In this document: piece by piece, positions 1 to 9,741 of the stretch | How the letters are laid out: the number at the start of each line of letters is the position of its first letter | How positions within the stretch are numbered: the stretch's first letter is position 1 | NCBI GenBank assembly: GCA_964390015.1 | Contig: CAYMGO010000003.1 | Coordinates: 1-50,827 of the forward strand | Source of the DNA: an uncultured Anaerolinea sp. | Lineage (GTDB): Bacteria > Chloroflexota > Anaerolineae > Anaerolineales > Anaerolineaceae | Length of the DNA: 50,827 bases | Reading direction: 5' to 3' | Notes under the pieces: generated by a model | Told to the model about the DNA's origin: nothing | What the model saw: the letters and a program-made list of their open reading frames with translations, nothing else | The model's database searches: none | Position numbers and translations under genes: made by a program

Positions 1-2
1 CC

Positions 3-110
3 TTTGACCTCACGCTGCCGGGGGAGGTGGTCTACCGCGGAGAGGTGAGCGATGTGGCGAAACAGGTGGGCGGGAAGAAGGGGGAGTTCGTGCTGGTGGT
101 GGGGAGATGA
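3..110 (+). CDS. 3' end of a gene cut by the window edge. The C-terminal peptide resembles the C-terminus of 16S rRNA 2'-O-methyltransferase RsmI.
   Basis: Frame 3 reads FDLTLPGEVVYRGEVSDVAKQVGGKKGEFVLVVGR, then TGA at 108-110. Only 35 codons are visible. The KGEFVLVV ending is typical of RsmI proteins as I remember them. Confidence 0.35.
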   Translation, partial: FDLTLPGEVVYRGEVSDVAKQVGGKKGEFVLVVGR

Positions 111-224
111 GGAGCGGCAGCGAACGTCTGGATTTTAACAAATAACCATCTGGAAAGTTGGTTAATGTTCTAAGCTTGTGCCTCCTCTGAGATTCTCGAG
201 TGTAGCGAGATCCAGTTTTAAACC

Positions 225-252
225 AATAACCACCTTGGCTGGTGGTTATTTT
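225..252. terminator. Stem-loop between the upstream + strand gene and the - strand tRNA; likely a bidirectional terminator
   Basis: Perfect 10-bp stem aataaccacc (225-234) / ggtggttatt (241-250) with loop ttggct. T-rich on the + side (ttattttg); followed by gtttaaaa on the - side. Confidence 0.5.
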
Positions 253-259
253 GATATTG

Positions 260-335
260 TGGTGCCTCCACGGAGATTCGAACTCCGGTTTTAGCCTTGA
301 AAGGGCTGCGTCCTGGTCCCCTAGACGATGGAGGC
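260..335 (-). tRNA. tRNA-Glu (anticodon UUC), CCA end encoded
   Basis: The reverse complement reads GCCTCCA TC GTCT AGGGGACC AGGAC G CAGCC CTTTCAA GGCTA AAAC CGGAG TTCGAAT CTCCG TGGAGGC A CCA. This gives a 7-bp acceptor stem, a GTTCGAATC T-loop and a 76-nt length. The overall layout parallels E. coli tRNA-Glu. Confidence 0.9.
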
Positions 336-395
336 ATTAACGCGAGGATTTTACCATCCCCCCCTCAATCGGTCAAGAATAATCAGATAATTCGT

Positions 396-752
396 TTACC
401 CCGCCTTGCGGTGCAGCCCATAGATGTTGCTGACCGGGATGACGGTGAGGATGCCGGTGTTGGGCTCATCCAGGTCGCCAATAATACTTTCAGTGGCTTT
501 CACCACGCGGTCGATCATTTCCTGGCCTTCAACCAATGTGAACAGGGTGCGGTTGTAACGTTCTGGAGCTTCGAGGATGTCCTCAAGGCTGGGCATCAAA
601 GGCAGGTCCTCGCGCAGCATATCGGAGGCTTTCAAACGGCCGATGCCTGTAGAGGGGATCACCGTAACCCCGCCGACACCGACGTCCTCCCAGCTGAGCA
701 GCAGTTCAGATAACTTTTCAGGGTCATGCAGCACGAACATGATCAGATGCAT
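396..752 (-). CDS. PII-like (GlnB/CutA-fold type) small signalling protein, translationally coupled to the upstream antiporter gene
   Basis: 118 aa. The pattern [14 protein letters not shown]...LLSWEDVGVGGVTVIPSTGIGR...TLFTLVEGQEMIDRVVKA...TGILTVIPV looks like the beta-alpha-beta repeat of PII-like proteins. ATG at 752-750 overlaps the antiporter TGA (754-752) as TGATG. The TTG at 755 in the ORF track is less likely. Confidence 0.55.
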   Translation of the reverse strand: MHLIMFVLHDPEKLSELLLSWEDVGVGGVTVIPSTGIGRLKASDMLREDLPLMPSLEDILEAPERYNRTLFTLVEGQEMIDRVVKATESIIGDLDEPNTGILTVIPVSNIYGLHRKAG

Positions 753-1990
753 CAAACACTCTCCTTTTTCCCTGTTTGATCCGGGAGGGTTATACCTTCT
801 TTTGGCGGCGCAGGCGTTCTGAAGGACGCGCGCAGTAAAGGCGGCGTCACCAGGGTGGTGACCAGGATCATCCCAACGATGATGGTCAGCAGTTCCTCTG
901 AAAGGTAACCGGCCTTGGCGCCGATGTTGGCGATGATCAACCCGACTTCGCCGCGCGAGACCATACCAATGCCTATCTGCAGTGATTCGCGCGGTGTGAA
1001 TTTTGAGATCAACGCACCCGCTCCGGAACCAATGACCTTGCCCAGGATGGCGATGACCGAGATTCCCAGGAAAACCCAGATTGAGTCTGCGCTCAATTCG
1101 CGTAAGTTTACACCGAGACCGATGCTGACGAAGAAAATCGGCACGAAGAAGGCGTAAGCGATGGAGTGAAGGCTGGTCTCGAGAGTCGATTTCTCAGGAG
1201 TGCGTCCGAACATCAGCCCTGCTAAAAAGGTGCCGGTGATCGCTGCCATACCGCCCACCAGTTCTGCTGCCAGTCCGTAGCCCAGTAGCACCACAAGGGC
1301 GAGGGTAGTGAGTCCCTGGCTGATCCTGAGCCGCTGGGTGAAGCGCACCACCCGCGGCAGCAGCCACAATCCCACCGCGCTGGCCAGGGCTAAAAAGATG
1401 ACCATTTTTGCGAACACCCACATGATATCCGCAAAGCTGCCGCCGCCGGAAAGAAATGCTACAGCCGAAGAGAGTATAAGGATGACCAGTATGTCATCGA
1501 ACACAGCAGCCCCCAGCAACCCCAGTCCGACGCGCGTGCGCAGCACCTGCAGCTCGATGAGCACCTGTGCAGAGATGGAGACAGAAGTCGCGCCAAGCGT
1601 CAATCCCAGAAAGAGTGCGTGACTGAAGGGAATCCCAAGCAGTTCGCCAAAAAGAATGCCCAACCCGACCGGGAAGATCACGCCCAATACCCCGGCCAGC
1701 ATGGCCACACGCGTGTTCTTGCTAAGGTCTTTGAGGTGCAGTTCCAACCCGGCCAGGAACATTAACAGCAGCACACCGATCTCACCCATTTCGTAAATGA
1801 TCTCGTCCAGATGGGTATCGGTAATGAAGCCAAAGTGGGTGATATCCAGCAGGGATGGACCGAGGAGCACGCCAACCAGCAATTCCCCGAACACGGATGG
1901 CTGCTTGAGACGCGTGCTCAGGTACCCGGCAGCCTTGGCAGCCACAAGGATGATGGCGATTTCAGCGATGAGTTGGAGGAAATTGGACAT
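752..1990 (-). CDS. Cation:proton antiporter, CPA2 (Kef/NapA-like) family
   Basis: Polytopic membrane protein with N-terminal ...[32 protein letters not shown], typical of Na_H_Exchanger/CPA2 proteins. I prefer the ATG at 1990 ([10 protein letters not shown]...) over the TTG at 2002. Confidence 0.8.
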   Translation of the reverse strand: MSNFLQLIAEIAIILVAAKAAGYLSTRLKQPSVFGELLVGVLLGPSLLDITHFGFITDTHLDEIIYEMGEIGVLLLMFLAGLELHLKDLSKNTRVAMLAGVLGVIFPVGLGILFGELLGIPFSHALFLGLTLGATSVSISAQVLIELQVLRTRVGLGLLGAAVFDDILVILILSSAVAFLSGGGSFADIMWVFAKMVIFLALASAVGLWLLPRVVRFTQRLRISQGLTTLALVVLLGYGLAAELVGGMAAITGTFLAGLMFGRTPEKSTLETSLHSIAYAFFVPIFFVSIGLGVNLRELSADSIWVFLGISVIAILGKVIGSGAGALISKFTPRESLQIGIGMVSRGEVGLIIANIGAKAGYLSEELLTIIVGMILVTTLVTPPLLRASFRTPAPPKEGITLPDQTGKKESV

Positions 1991-2042
1991 GGCTATCAAC
2001 AATCCTGGCTTCAGGAAGTTTGTTCCAGTTTATCATAATTTT

Positions 2043-2072
2043 TTACACTTCAATTTTGGATTCGTGTATACT
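2043..2072 (+). promoter_or_regulatory. Candidate sigma-70 type promoter for the mutase-epimerase pair
   Basis: TTACAC (2043-2048), an 18-nt spacer, then TATACT (2067-2072), about 40 nt upstream of the ATG at 2112. Confidence 0.3.
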
Positions 2073-2111
2073 AAAGTAAAAGTGTGCAAAATCTATTACA
2101 GAGGCGAAAAT

Positions 2112-3761
2112 ATGAACCTTGAGAGTGAAAAGAAGCGTTGGGATGAAGAGGTAGTAAAACCTGTAGTGGAAAAATTCAAGGAAAGAAAAGCCGAATTCAA
2201 CAGTCCCTCCGGCATCCCGCTGCCGCGTGCAGCCACGCCAACTGAATCAGATTACATGGAACTATTGGGTTTTCCGGGTGAATACCCGTTCACCCGTGGG
2301 GTGCAGCCCACCATGTACCGCAGTCGCTTCTGGACGATGCGGCAGTACGCCGGGTTTGCCTCCGCTGAAGAATCGAACAAGCGTTACCGCTACCTGCTGG
2401 CGCAGGGACAGACCGGACTCTCAGTGGCGTTTGACCTGCCCACGCAAATTGGCTACGACGCCGACGACCCGATGGCGATGGGTGAAGTAGGTAAAGTGGG
2501 CGTGTCCATTTCCTCATTGAGGGATATGGAGACCCTTTTTGCGGAAATCCCGTTGGAGAAGGTCTCGACCAGCATGACCATTAATTCACCTGCGGCCATC
2601 CTGCTGGCAATGTACATTGCCGTGGGCAAAAAGCAGGGGGTCACTCCCCGACAGCTGCGAGGTACGATCCAGAACGATATTCTCAAGGAATACGTGGCAC
2701 GAGGTACTTACATCTTCCCGCCGAAACCCTCTCTGCGATTGATCACGGATATTTTCAAGTATTGCGAGACCGAAGTGCCCAACTGGAACACCATCAGCAT
2801 ATCCGGTTACCACATCCGCGAGGCCGGCTCCACTGCTGTGCAGGAGGTGGCGTTTACCCTGGCGAATGCCATTGCCTACGTGCAGGCAGCCATTGATACC
2901 GGTCAGCAGGTGGATCAGTTTGCCTCTCAATTGTCTTTCTTCTTTGCAGCGCACAACGATTTCCTGGAGGAGATCGCCAAATTCCGGGCAGCGCGTCGGT
3001 TGTGGGCGCGCATCATGCGCGAAAGGTTTGGTGCGTTGGATCCCAAGTCGTGGATGCTGCGTTTTCACACCCAGACTGGTGGCTCGACGCTCACCGCGCA
3101 GCAGCCGGAAAACAACATCGTGCGTGTGGCCATCCAGGCGTTGGCGGCCGTGCTCGGAGGAACGCAATCGCTTCACACCAACTCCAAAGATGAGGCTTTG
3201 TGGCTGCCCACCGAGAAATCTGTGCGCACCGCGCTGCGTACCCAACAGGTCATCGCATACGAATCTGGAGTAGCTGATACCATCGATCCCATGGGTGGCT
3301 CGTATGTGATCGAACACCTTACCGATGAAATTGAACAACGCGTTATGGATTACATCAAGAAGATTGATGACCTCGGCGGTGCGCTGGCGTCGATCGAGAA
3401 GGGTTACATGCAAAACGAGATCCAGGATTCCGCCTACCGCTTCCAGAAGGACGTGGAGAGCAAGGCGCAGCTGGTGGTTGGCGTCAACGCTTTCCAGGCG
3501 GAGGAGACCACCGACCTGGAGCAGCTGCGGGTGGATCCGACAATCGAGCAGCAGCAGCGTGCCCGATTGGCAGAGATGAGGGCGGGTCGTGACCAGGTGA
3601 AGGTGAACGAACTTCTCGGACACCTTGAGACGACCGCGAAGAGCGGAGAAAACCTGATGCCCCTCTTTGTGACGTGCGTGGAGAACGAGATCACGCTGGG
3701 CGAGATCTGCGGTGTGCTGCGCAAGGTTTGGGGTGAGTACCAACCCCCTGTTTGGGGATAA
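2112..3761 (+). CDS. Methylmalonyl-CoA mutase, large catalytic (N-terminal) subunit without a B12-binding domain
   Basis: Contains [59 protein letters not shown], the hallmark of the MCM catalytic domain. It is 549 aa and ends before any DxHxxG B12 domain. The ORF-track start at 1797 is an upstream read-through; the ATG at 2112 fits the family N-terminus. Confidence 0.9.
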   Translation: MNLESEKKRWDEEVVKPVVEKFKERKAEFNSPSGIPLPRAATPTESDYMELLGFPGEYPFTRGVQPTMYRSRFWTMRQYAGFASAEESNKRYRYLLAQGQTGLSVAFDLPTQIGYDADDPMAMGEVGKVGVSISSLRDMETLFAEIPLEKVSTSMTINSPAAILLAMYIAVGKKQGVTPRQLRGTIQNDILKEYVARGTYIFPPKPSLRLITDIFKYCETEVPNWNTISISGYHIREAGSTAVQEVAFTLANAIAYVQAAIDTGQQVDQFASQLSFFFAAHNDFLEEIAKFRAARRLWARIMRERFGALDPKSWMLRFHTQTGGSTLTAQQPENNIVRVAIQALAAVLGGTQSLHTNSKDEALWLPTEKSVRTALRTQQVIAYESGVADTIDPMGGSYVIEHLTDEIEQRVMDYIKKIDDLGGALASIEKGYMQNEIQDSAYRFQKDVESKAQLVVGVNAFQAEETTDLEQLRVDPTIEQQQRARLAEMRAGRDQVKVNELLGHLETTAKSGENLMPLFVTCVENEITLGEICGVLRKVWGEYQPPVWG

Positions 3762-3779
3762 TCATTACAGGAGAAGAAA

Positions 3780-4187
3780 ATGGCCAAGTTGAAAAAGATC
3801 AATCACGTAGCAATTGTTGTGGGTGATATCGATGAGTCGTTGAAGTTCTGGCGTGACGCGATGGGGATCGAACTACATCATGTTGAAGATGTGCCGAGCC
3901 AGAAATCCATGGTAGCATTCCTGCCAGTCGGTGAGAGCGAAGTCGAGCTTGTTAAACCGACCTCGGACGAGTCCGGTGTGGCGAAGTTCCTGACGGAACG
4001 CGGTGGTGGCATGCACCACCTGTGTTTTGAGGTGGATGATATCGTCGGGATGATGGCAATGCTGAAAGAAAAGGGCGTGCGCCTGATCAACGAGGAGCCG
4101 CAGGTGCTTCCGGGCAGGAAGATGGCCTTTGTTCACCCCAAGAGCACCGGCGGTGTGCTGGTGGAACTGTACGAAGTAACGAAGTAA
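3780..4187 (+). CDS. mce: Methylmalonyl-CoA epimerase (VOC/glyoxalase fold)
   Basis: 135 aa. INHVAIVVGDIDESLKFW...GGGMHHLCFEVDDI...AFVHPKSTGGVLVELYE matches the epimerase pattern. It lies immediately downstream of the mutase. Confidence 0.8.
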   Translation: MAKLKKINHVAIVVGDIDESLKFWRDAMGIELHHVEDVPSQKSMVAFLPVGESEVELVKPTSDESGVAKFLTERGGGMHHLCFEVDDIVGMMAMLKEKGVRLINEEPQVLPGRKMAFVHPKSTGGVLVELYEVTK

Positions 4188-4197
4188 CCTTTAATCA

Positions 4198-4234
4198 ATA
4201 ACCGGGAGGAAGTAACTTCCTCCCGGTTACGTTT
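4198..4234. terminator. Bidirectional intrinsic terminator between convergent genes
   Basis: Stem taaccgggaggaa (4198-4210) / ttcctcccggtta (4216-4228), loop gtaac, followed by cgtttt. Confidence 0.75.
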
Positions 4235-4240
4235 TAAGCA

Positions 4241-5581
4241 CTACTCCGCAGCTGTTACCATTTGCGCTTCTTCCTCCAGTGCGACCTTCACACCACGTTC
4301 CATGTTCACTTTTGTCAACACGAACAGCCCGATCAAAAAGAAGAGGATCAGCGAAGCGATGCTCAGCCTGGATTCGTTCATAATGCGTGACACAATACCG
4401 AAAATGAACGGTCCGAGGATCGAAGCGAATTTTTCAAAGACGCTGAAGAAACCGTAGAATTCGGCGGACTTGCTCTTGGGCATCATGCGCCCGATCATGG
4501 AACGGGAGAGTGCCTGGCTGCCGCCCTGAACAGTGGCAACCGCCGCACCGAGCACCCAGAACTGCCATTCCTGGTAAAGGAAGTAGCCGGCGATGGCGAT
4601 GAGCGAATAAACTATCAGGGTGAGGTATAGGGCTTTTTTGGTGCCCATCTTCTTGGCCAGCCAGCCAAAAAGTAGTGCGAAAGGCGCGGCCAGGATCTGC
4701 ACCATCAACAAGGTGCCAATCAGCGTGATGTCGCTGAAATTCAATTCCTTACCGTATATGGTTGCCATGGTAATGATGGTGCCGATGCCATTGGCATAGA
4801 TCCAGAATGCCAGCAGACCCAACGAAAGGTCGCGGTATTTCTTGAGTTCAGAGAAAGTCTTTTTGAGTCTGCTTATGCTTGCCTGGATGGGGCGCATGCC
4901 TTCCTCACCAACCTCAATGCGGCGTACCGGCTCTTTCACCTTTAAAAGCAGGGGGAGCGTGAACCCGAACCACCACAAGGCGACCGTGACAAAGGAAAGT
5001 CGGGTCATCAAGCCGGTGCTCAATCCCGGAAAGATCCCCGGAAGCACCATGATCATTACCAGGTTGACCGCCAGCAGGATACCCCCGCCTATGTACCCCA
5101 TCATGTAACCGCGGGAGGAGACCTGGTCGATCTCGTCTGCGCGGGCAACGTGGGGCAGAAGTGCGTCATAGTAGACCAGGCTGCCGGCGAAACCGATATT
5201 GGCGAAGATAAAGAAGATCGACGCGATCAGCCAGGAACCGGGCTGGTTGGGAAAGAAGAGCAGGGCGGTGGAGATCACGCCGAGAAGCATGAAAATGGTG
5301 AGAAATCTCTTTTTGGATCCGCGAAAATCAGCCACTGCGCCGAGAAGGGGGCTGATGACCGCGGCGACCAACGCGGCAAAGGCGGTCGTGAATCCCCAGC
5401 GGGAGGTCATGATGGCGCCGGTTTCTCCAGCCGCACCCAATGTGGCAAAATAAATTGGAAAAACCGCTGCCATCATAGTTGTGGCGAAGGATGAATTCGC
5501 CCAATCGTACAAAGTCCAGGCACGAATCTGTTGTTTGTGCGTTAATTCAGATTCTATAGCTTGTTGGCCCGTGTTATCCAT
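4241..5581 (-). CDS. MFS transporter (UMF1/Atg22-like family)
   Basis: 446 aa and about 12 TM segments. The N-terminal QIRAWTLYDWANSSFATTMMAAVFPIYF is typical of the MFS_1-like UMF1 group. An AGGAGA RBS precedes the ATG. Confidence 0.7.
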   Translation of the reverse strand: MDNTGQQAIESELTHKQQIRAWTLYDWANSSFATTMMAAVFPIYFATLGAAGETGAIMTSRWGFTTAFAALVAAVISPLLGAVADFRGSKKRFLTIFMLLGVISTALLFFPNQPGSWLIASIFFIFANIGFAGSLVYYDALLPHVARADEIDQVSSRGYMMGYIGGGILLAVNLVMIMVLPGIFPGLSTGLMTRLSFVTVALWWFGFTLPLLLKVKEPVRRIEVGEEGMRPIQASISRLKKTFSELKKYRDLSLGLLAFWIYANGIGTIITMATIYGKELNFSDITLIGTLLMVQILAAPFALLFGWLAKKMGTKKALYLTLIVYSLIAIAGYFLYQEWQFWVLGAAVATVQGGSQALSRSMIGRMMPKSKSAEFYGFFSVFEKFASILGPFIFGIVSRIMNESRLSIASLILFFLIGLFVLTKVNMERGVKVALEEEAQMVTAAE

Positions 5582-5590
5582 TCTTCTTTT

Positions 5591-5631
5591 CTCCTGTATT
5601 GCCTATTTTAGATGGCTCTATTATACAGGAG
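5591..5631 (-). promoter_or_regulatory. Inverted repeat that can sequester the Shine-Dalgarno sequence of the MFS gene, or act as an ldh 3' stem-loop
   Basis: ctcctgtat (5591-5599) is the exact reverse complement of atacaggag (5623-5631). On the - strand the downstream arm ATACAGGAG contains the AGGAG RBS, 8 nt before the ATG at 5581. Confidence 0.35.
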
Positions 5632-5648
5632 TGGCTTGAGTATGTTTG

Positions 5649-6608
5649 TCAAGTGGTGAGGTTGAGATCTGCCAGGAAACCTTTGAGCACCTGCGCGGAT
5701 TTAATGATGCCCGCTTGTTCCTTCGCATCGAGGTTGAGGTGCATGACCTGCTTGATACCGTTGTGCCCGATAACGCAGGGTAGGCTGAGGTACACGTCAT
5801 GAATGCCGTGGTAATTTTTGATGAGGGTTGACACAGAGAGGACCGTGTCTTGCCCGCGCAGGATGGCTTCAACGATGCGCACCAGCCCGCTGCCAATGGC
5901 GTAAAAAGTTGCGCCTTTGCGTTCGATGATGCGATAGGCAGCGTCACGAGTCTCGTCAAATATGTTATTAAAGATCATCGGCTCGTAATTTCGGCAGTTC
6001 ATTTTGCAGTATTCCACCAGGTTCATCCCGGCGATGTTGGCCAGCGACCACACCGGTACTTCGCTGTCTCCATGTTCGCCAATGATGTAGGCGTGCACGC
6101 TGCGTGCGTCAACACCGGTGTGTTGGCCGAGCAGCCAGCGGAAACGCGCCGTATCGAGGATGGTGCCGGAGCCGATAACACGGTGGGCGGGCAGACCTGA
6201 AAGCTTCCACGCGGCGTAACTGAGGATATCGACCGGGTTCGAAGCGATGAGCAGAATGCCGTGCGGGTTATGCTGCACCACAGCCGGAATTATCGACTTC
6301 ATGATGTTGTAGTTGCGGTGGACGAGGTCAAGCCGGGTTTCACCGGATTTCTGGGAGGTTCCTGCGGTGATCACTGTTATCGCGGCGCCCCGGGTGTCGT
6401 CGTAATCTCCCGCCCAGATGCGTGTGGAATGGGTGAGAGGTACCGCGTGGTTGAGGTCCATCGCCTCGCCTTCAGCTTTTGTCTTATTGTGGTCAATGAG
6501 CACGATCTCCCCGGCGAGTCCACTTTGTAATAGGGCGAAGGCGAACGTAGCGCCCACGTTGCCAACACCGACAACTGCGATGCGTATAGGTTTATGAGAA
6601 TCTTTCAT
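5649..6608 (-). CDS. ldh: L-lactate dehydrogenase
   Basis: Carries the VVGVGNVGATFAF Rossmann motif, ITAGTSQKSGETRLDL (Gln at the LDH/MDH discriminating position) and IIGEHGDSEVPVWS. 319 aa. Confidence 0.85.
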   Translation of the reverse strand: MKDSHKPIRIAVVGVGNVGATFAFALLQSGLAGEIVLIDHNKTKAEGEAMDLNHAVPLTHSTRIWAGDYDDTRGAAITVITAGTSQKSGETRLDLVHRNYNIMKSIIPAVVQHNPHGILLIASNPVDILSYAAWKLSGLPAHRVIGSGTILDTARFRWLLGQHTGVDARSVHAYIIGEHGDSEVPVWSLANIAGMNLVEYCKMNCRNYEPMIFNNIFDETRDAAYRIIERKGATFYAIGSGLVRIVEAILRGQDTVLSVSTLIKNYHGIHDVYLSLPCVIGHNGIKQVMHLNLDAKEQAGIIKSAQVLKGFLADLNLTT

Positions 6609-6756
6609 GGTTCACACTCCTTCTTTGTTTGCATGTTGAGTATACCGGTTTTCACACCGGGTTTCAGCCGTTTGTACAAGGAAAGCATTCTGGGAAAAAT
6701 GGAATTAGGCAGGGAGGGTATAATTCAAGGTTGGTTTGTGGTAGAATATTGAATTA

Positions 6757-6768
6757 GAATAAATGTTC
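6757..6768 (+). promoter_or_regulatory. Possible LexA/SOS box upstream of uvrA
   Basis: GAATAAATGTTC is one mismatch from the GAAC-N4-GTTC core of Gram-positive/Chloroflexi-type LexA boxes. It lies 14 nt before the uvrA ATG and downstream of an extended -10 TGgTAGAAT (6739-6747). Confidence 0.3.
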
Positions 6769-6781
6769 GACTGGAAGGTAT

Positions 6782-9679
6782 ATGACGCAGGATTGTATTC
6801 GTGTTGTCGGCGCGCGAGCGCATAATCTCAAGAACATCACGGTCGAAATCCCCCGTGACAAGCTGGTGGTCATCACCGGGCTATCAGGTTCGGGTAAGAG
6901 TTCCCTGGCTTTCGATACCATCTTCGCTGAAGGGCAGCGTCGCTACGTGGAATCACTTTCAGCGTATGCGCGCCAGTTCCTCGGCCAGATGGAAAAACCG
7001 GATGTGGATTACATTGATGGTCTGTCGCCTGCGGTTTCGATAGACCAGAAAGCCACATCGCACAACCCGCGGTCCACGGTCGGTACAGTGACCGAGGTCT
7101 ATGATTATCTTCGTCTGCTCTTCGCGCGCGTGGGTATACCGCATTGCCCCGTCTGCGGGAGGGTGGTGGTCAAGCAATCTGCACAGGAGATCGTCGACAA
7201 GGTGGAGGCGCTTCCGGAGGAGTCAAAACTTCTTATTTTGGCGCCGGTGGTACGGGCGCGCAAAGGTACCTACCAGGCGGTCTTCGAAGAGATCCGCAAA
7301 GCCGGCTTTGTACGTGTGCGCGTAGATGGGCAGGTGTACAACCTTGAAGAGGATATCGTTCTAGACCGCTATAAGAGCCACAATATCGATGCTGTAGTCG
7401 ATCGCATCGTTATCCTGCACTCAACAGATGAGGAGGAACAACGCTCCTTCCGCTCCAGGCTGACGGATTCTATTGAAACCGGGCTTAAGGTGGGAGAAGG
7501 GTACCTCATTGTGCAGGATGTCAGCGCAGAAACCCCGGTAGACCTGTTTTTCTCTGAACACCTGGCCTGCCCGGAGCACAATGTCAGCATCCCAGAGATC
7601 GAACCGCGTACATTTTCATTCAACACCCCGCACGGTGCCTGCCCTGATTGCCAGGGGCTGGGAAGCAAACTCGAGATCGATCCTGATCTGATCCTCCCTG
7701 ATCCTGAACGTTCATTGAGCGACGGCGCTATCGCGGCATTGGAGTGGAACGGTCCGCGCGAACAGGGCGGCTATTACTGGCAGATGGTTGAAGCGGTGGC
7801 CAAGAAATATCATATTGATCTTGATGCGCCTGTAGGAACCCTGCCGCAGGAAAAGTTGGATAAGATACTTTACGGAACGGGGATTGAACAGCTTGCGGTT
7901 GTGATGGAAGGCCGCAACGACCGCAAGACCACAATGCAAATGAGTTTTGAAGGGGTTATACCCAACCTCGAACGACGCTTCCGTGAAACACATTCCGACT
8001 ACATTCGTAACCGTATCTCCGAATACATGAATGACCGCCCCTGTCCAACCTGCAAGGGTGACCGCCTGCGTCCAGAAGCACTGGCGGTGACCGTGCTCGA
8101 CCATAATATTGTCGAGGTGACACATTGGCCGGTAAACAGGACGCTGGAATTCATAAACGAGCTCTCTTCTCCTGATGTGCTAACCAAAAGAGATTTTTCC
8201 ATTGCCGAAAGGATCCTAAAGGAGATCAGTTCACGACTGGGTTTTCTGGTGAATGTTGGTCTGAATTACCTGACGCTCAGCCGGTCAGCCGGCTCGCTTT
8301 CCGGTGGAGAGGCACAGCGCATCCGCCTGGCCACGCAGATCGGTTCGCGCCTGATGGGGGTGCTGTATGTGCTCGATGAGCCATCGATCGGTCTGCACGC
8401 GCGCGATAACGAGAAACTTTTGGAGACGTTGAAGCAGCTGCGCGACCAGGGCAACACTGTGCTGGTGGTAGAACATGATGAAGAAACCATACGTACTGCT
8501 GATTGGATATTGGACCTGGGACCCGGCGCCGGAGAACACGGCGGTGAAGTGGTGGCGGAGGGCACGATCGATGCCATTCTCAATCATCCGCGCAGCCTCA
8601 CGGGGGCTTACCTCTCCGGCAGGAAGAGGGTACCGGTGCCGAAAAAATTGCACCCGCGCAATGGTAAAGCGCTCAAGATTATTGGCGCCAGGGCAAATAA
8701 TCTAAAGAATCTCGATGTTGAGATCCCCCTGGGGCAGTTTGTGTGCATCACCGGCGTATCCGGTTCGGGCAAGTCTACATTGATGGTTGACCTGTTGTAC
8801 AACATTTTGGCGCACGAGCTTAATCGTGCGCGAACCCAGCCCGGTGAATACGATCGCATAGAAGGTTTGCAGTACCTGGATAAGATCATTAATATCGACC
8901 AATCACCGATTGGCCGCAGTCCGCGTTCAAACCCGGCGACCTACACCGGCATGTTTGATGAAATACGCAGTCTGTACGCCAGCCTGCCCGAAAGCAAAAT
9001 GCGCGGTTACAAGGCGGGGCGTTTCTCTTTCAACGTTCATGGCGGGCGCTGCGAAGCCTGCCAGGGACAGGGACAGCTGCGCATCGAAATGCAGTTCCTG
9101 CCGGATATCTACGTACCCTGTGATGTGTGCCATGGAACCCGCTTCAACAGGGAGACGCTTCAAGTGAAATACAAAGGTCTTTCCATCGCTGATGTGCTGG
9201 ATCTGACCGTTGAAGAGGGAGCCAAGATGTTCGGAAATATCCCCGCGATCGCCAACAAGTTAAATACACTGGAGAAAGTTGGACTGGGATACATCCGCAT
9301 CGGGCAACCAGGGACCACGCTTTCCGGTGGTGAAGCGCAGCGGGTGAAACTTTCAAAGGAACTCTCAAGACGTGCCACCGGGCGCACACTGTATGTGCTG
9401 GATGAACCATCTGTAGGACTGCACGCGGCTGATGTGCACATGCTCATTGAAGTGCTGCAGCACCTGGTGGACAGCGGCAACTCAGTGTTGATCATCGAGC
9501 ACAATCTGGATATCATCAAGGTCGCGGATTACATCATCGACCTTGGCCCCGAGGGCGGAGACCGCGGCGGCGAGCTGATTGCCATTGGCACACCGCGCCA
9601 GGTCTGTGAGGTGCCGGCTTCTTATACCGGGCAGGTGTTGAAAGAGTATCTTAAGGTTCACAAGCAGGAATGCCAGTGA
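6782..9679 (+). CDS. uvrA: Excinuclease ABC subunit A
   Basis: 965 aa. Starts [55 protein letters not shown]. Has two ABC modules (LSGGEAQR twice) and zinc-finger cysteines. Confidence 0.97.
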   Translation: MTQDCIRVVGARAHNLKNITVEIPRDKLVVITGLSGSGKSSLAFDTIFAEGQRRYVESLSAYARQFLGQMEKPDVDYIDGLSPAVSIDQKATSHNPRSTVGTVTEVYDYLRLLFARVGIPHCPVCGRVVVKQSAQEIVDKVEALPEESKLLILAPVVRARKGTYQAVFEEIRKAGFVRVRVDGQVYNLEEDIVLDRYKSHNIDAVVDRIVILHSTDEEEQRSFRSRLTDSIETGLKVGEGYLIVQDVSAETPVDLFFSEHLACPEHNVSIPEIEPRTFSFNTPHGACPDCQGLGSKLEIDPDLILPDPERSLSDGAIAALEWNGPREQGGYYWQMVEAVAKKYHIDLDAPVGTLPQEKLDKILYGTGIEQLAVVMEGRNDRKTTMQMSFEGVIPNLERRFRETHSDYIRNRISEYMNDRPCPTCKGDRLRPEALAVTVLDHNIVEVTHWPVNRTLEFINELSSPDVLTKRDFSIAERILKEISSRLGFLVNVGLNYLTLSRSAGSLSGGEAQRIRLATQIGSRLMGVLYVLDEPSIGLHARDNEKLLETLKQLRDQGNTVLVVEHDEETIRTADWILDLGPGAGEHGGEVVAEGTIDAILNHPRSLTGAYLSGRKRVPVPKKLHPRNGKALKIIGARANNLKNLDVEIPLGQFVCITGVSGSGKSTLMVDLLYNILAHELNRARTQPGEYDRIEGLQYLDKIINIDQSPIGRSPRSNPATYTGMFDEIRSLYASLPESKMRGYKAGRFSFNVHGGRCEACQGQGQLRIEMQFLPDIYVPCDVCHGTRFNRETLQVKYKGLSIADVLDLTVEEGAKMFGNIPAIANKLNTLEKVGLGYIRIGQPGTTLSGGEAQRVKLSKELSRRATGRTLYVLDEPSVGLHAADVHMLIEVLQHLVDSGNSVLIIEHNLDIIKVADYIIDLGPEGGDRGGELIAIGTPRQVCEVPASYTGQVLKEYLKVHKQECQ

Positions 9680-9690
9680 GTTTGTTAACA

Positions 9691-9726
9691 AAAAAGAGGT
9701 GACTCACCCGAGTCACCTCTTTTTTC
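9691..9726. terminator. Bidirectional intrinsic terminator
   Basis: Stem agaggtgactc (9695-9705) / gagtcacctct (9710-9720), loop accc, flanked by an A-run upstream and a T-run downstream. Confidence 0.8.
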
Positions 9727-9741
9727 GTGTCTGATGATCAG

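Noticed and set aside
297-713. 138-aa + strand ORF spanning the tRNA-Glu 5' end and lying antisense to the PII-like gene
   Set aside because: It overlaps a well-folded tRNA and is antisense to a better-supported gene. Its composition is Arg/Gly/Ala/Pro-rich, like typical shadow ORFs, and there is no RBS.
1797-2111. N-terminal 105-codon extension of the mutase ORF in the ORF track
   Set aside because: The extension runs antisense through the antiporter 5' end and the intergenic promoter region. The family N-terminus and an A-rich leader fit the ATG at 2112.
2586-3743. 385-aa - strand ORF inside the mutase gene
   Set aside because: It is antisense to a gene with unmistakable MCM motifs. Its Arg/Leu/Gly/His-rich low-complexity translation is typical of GC-rich antisense frames.
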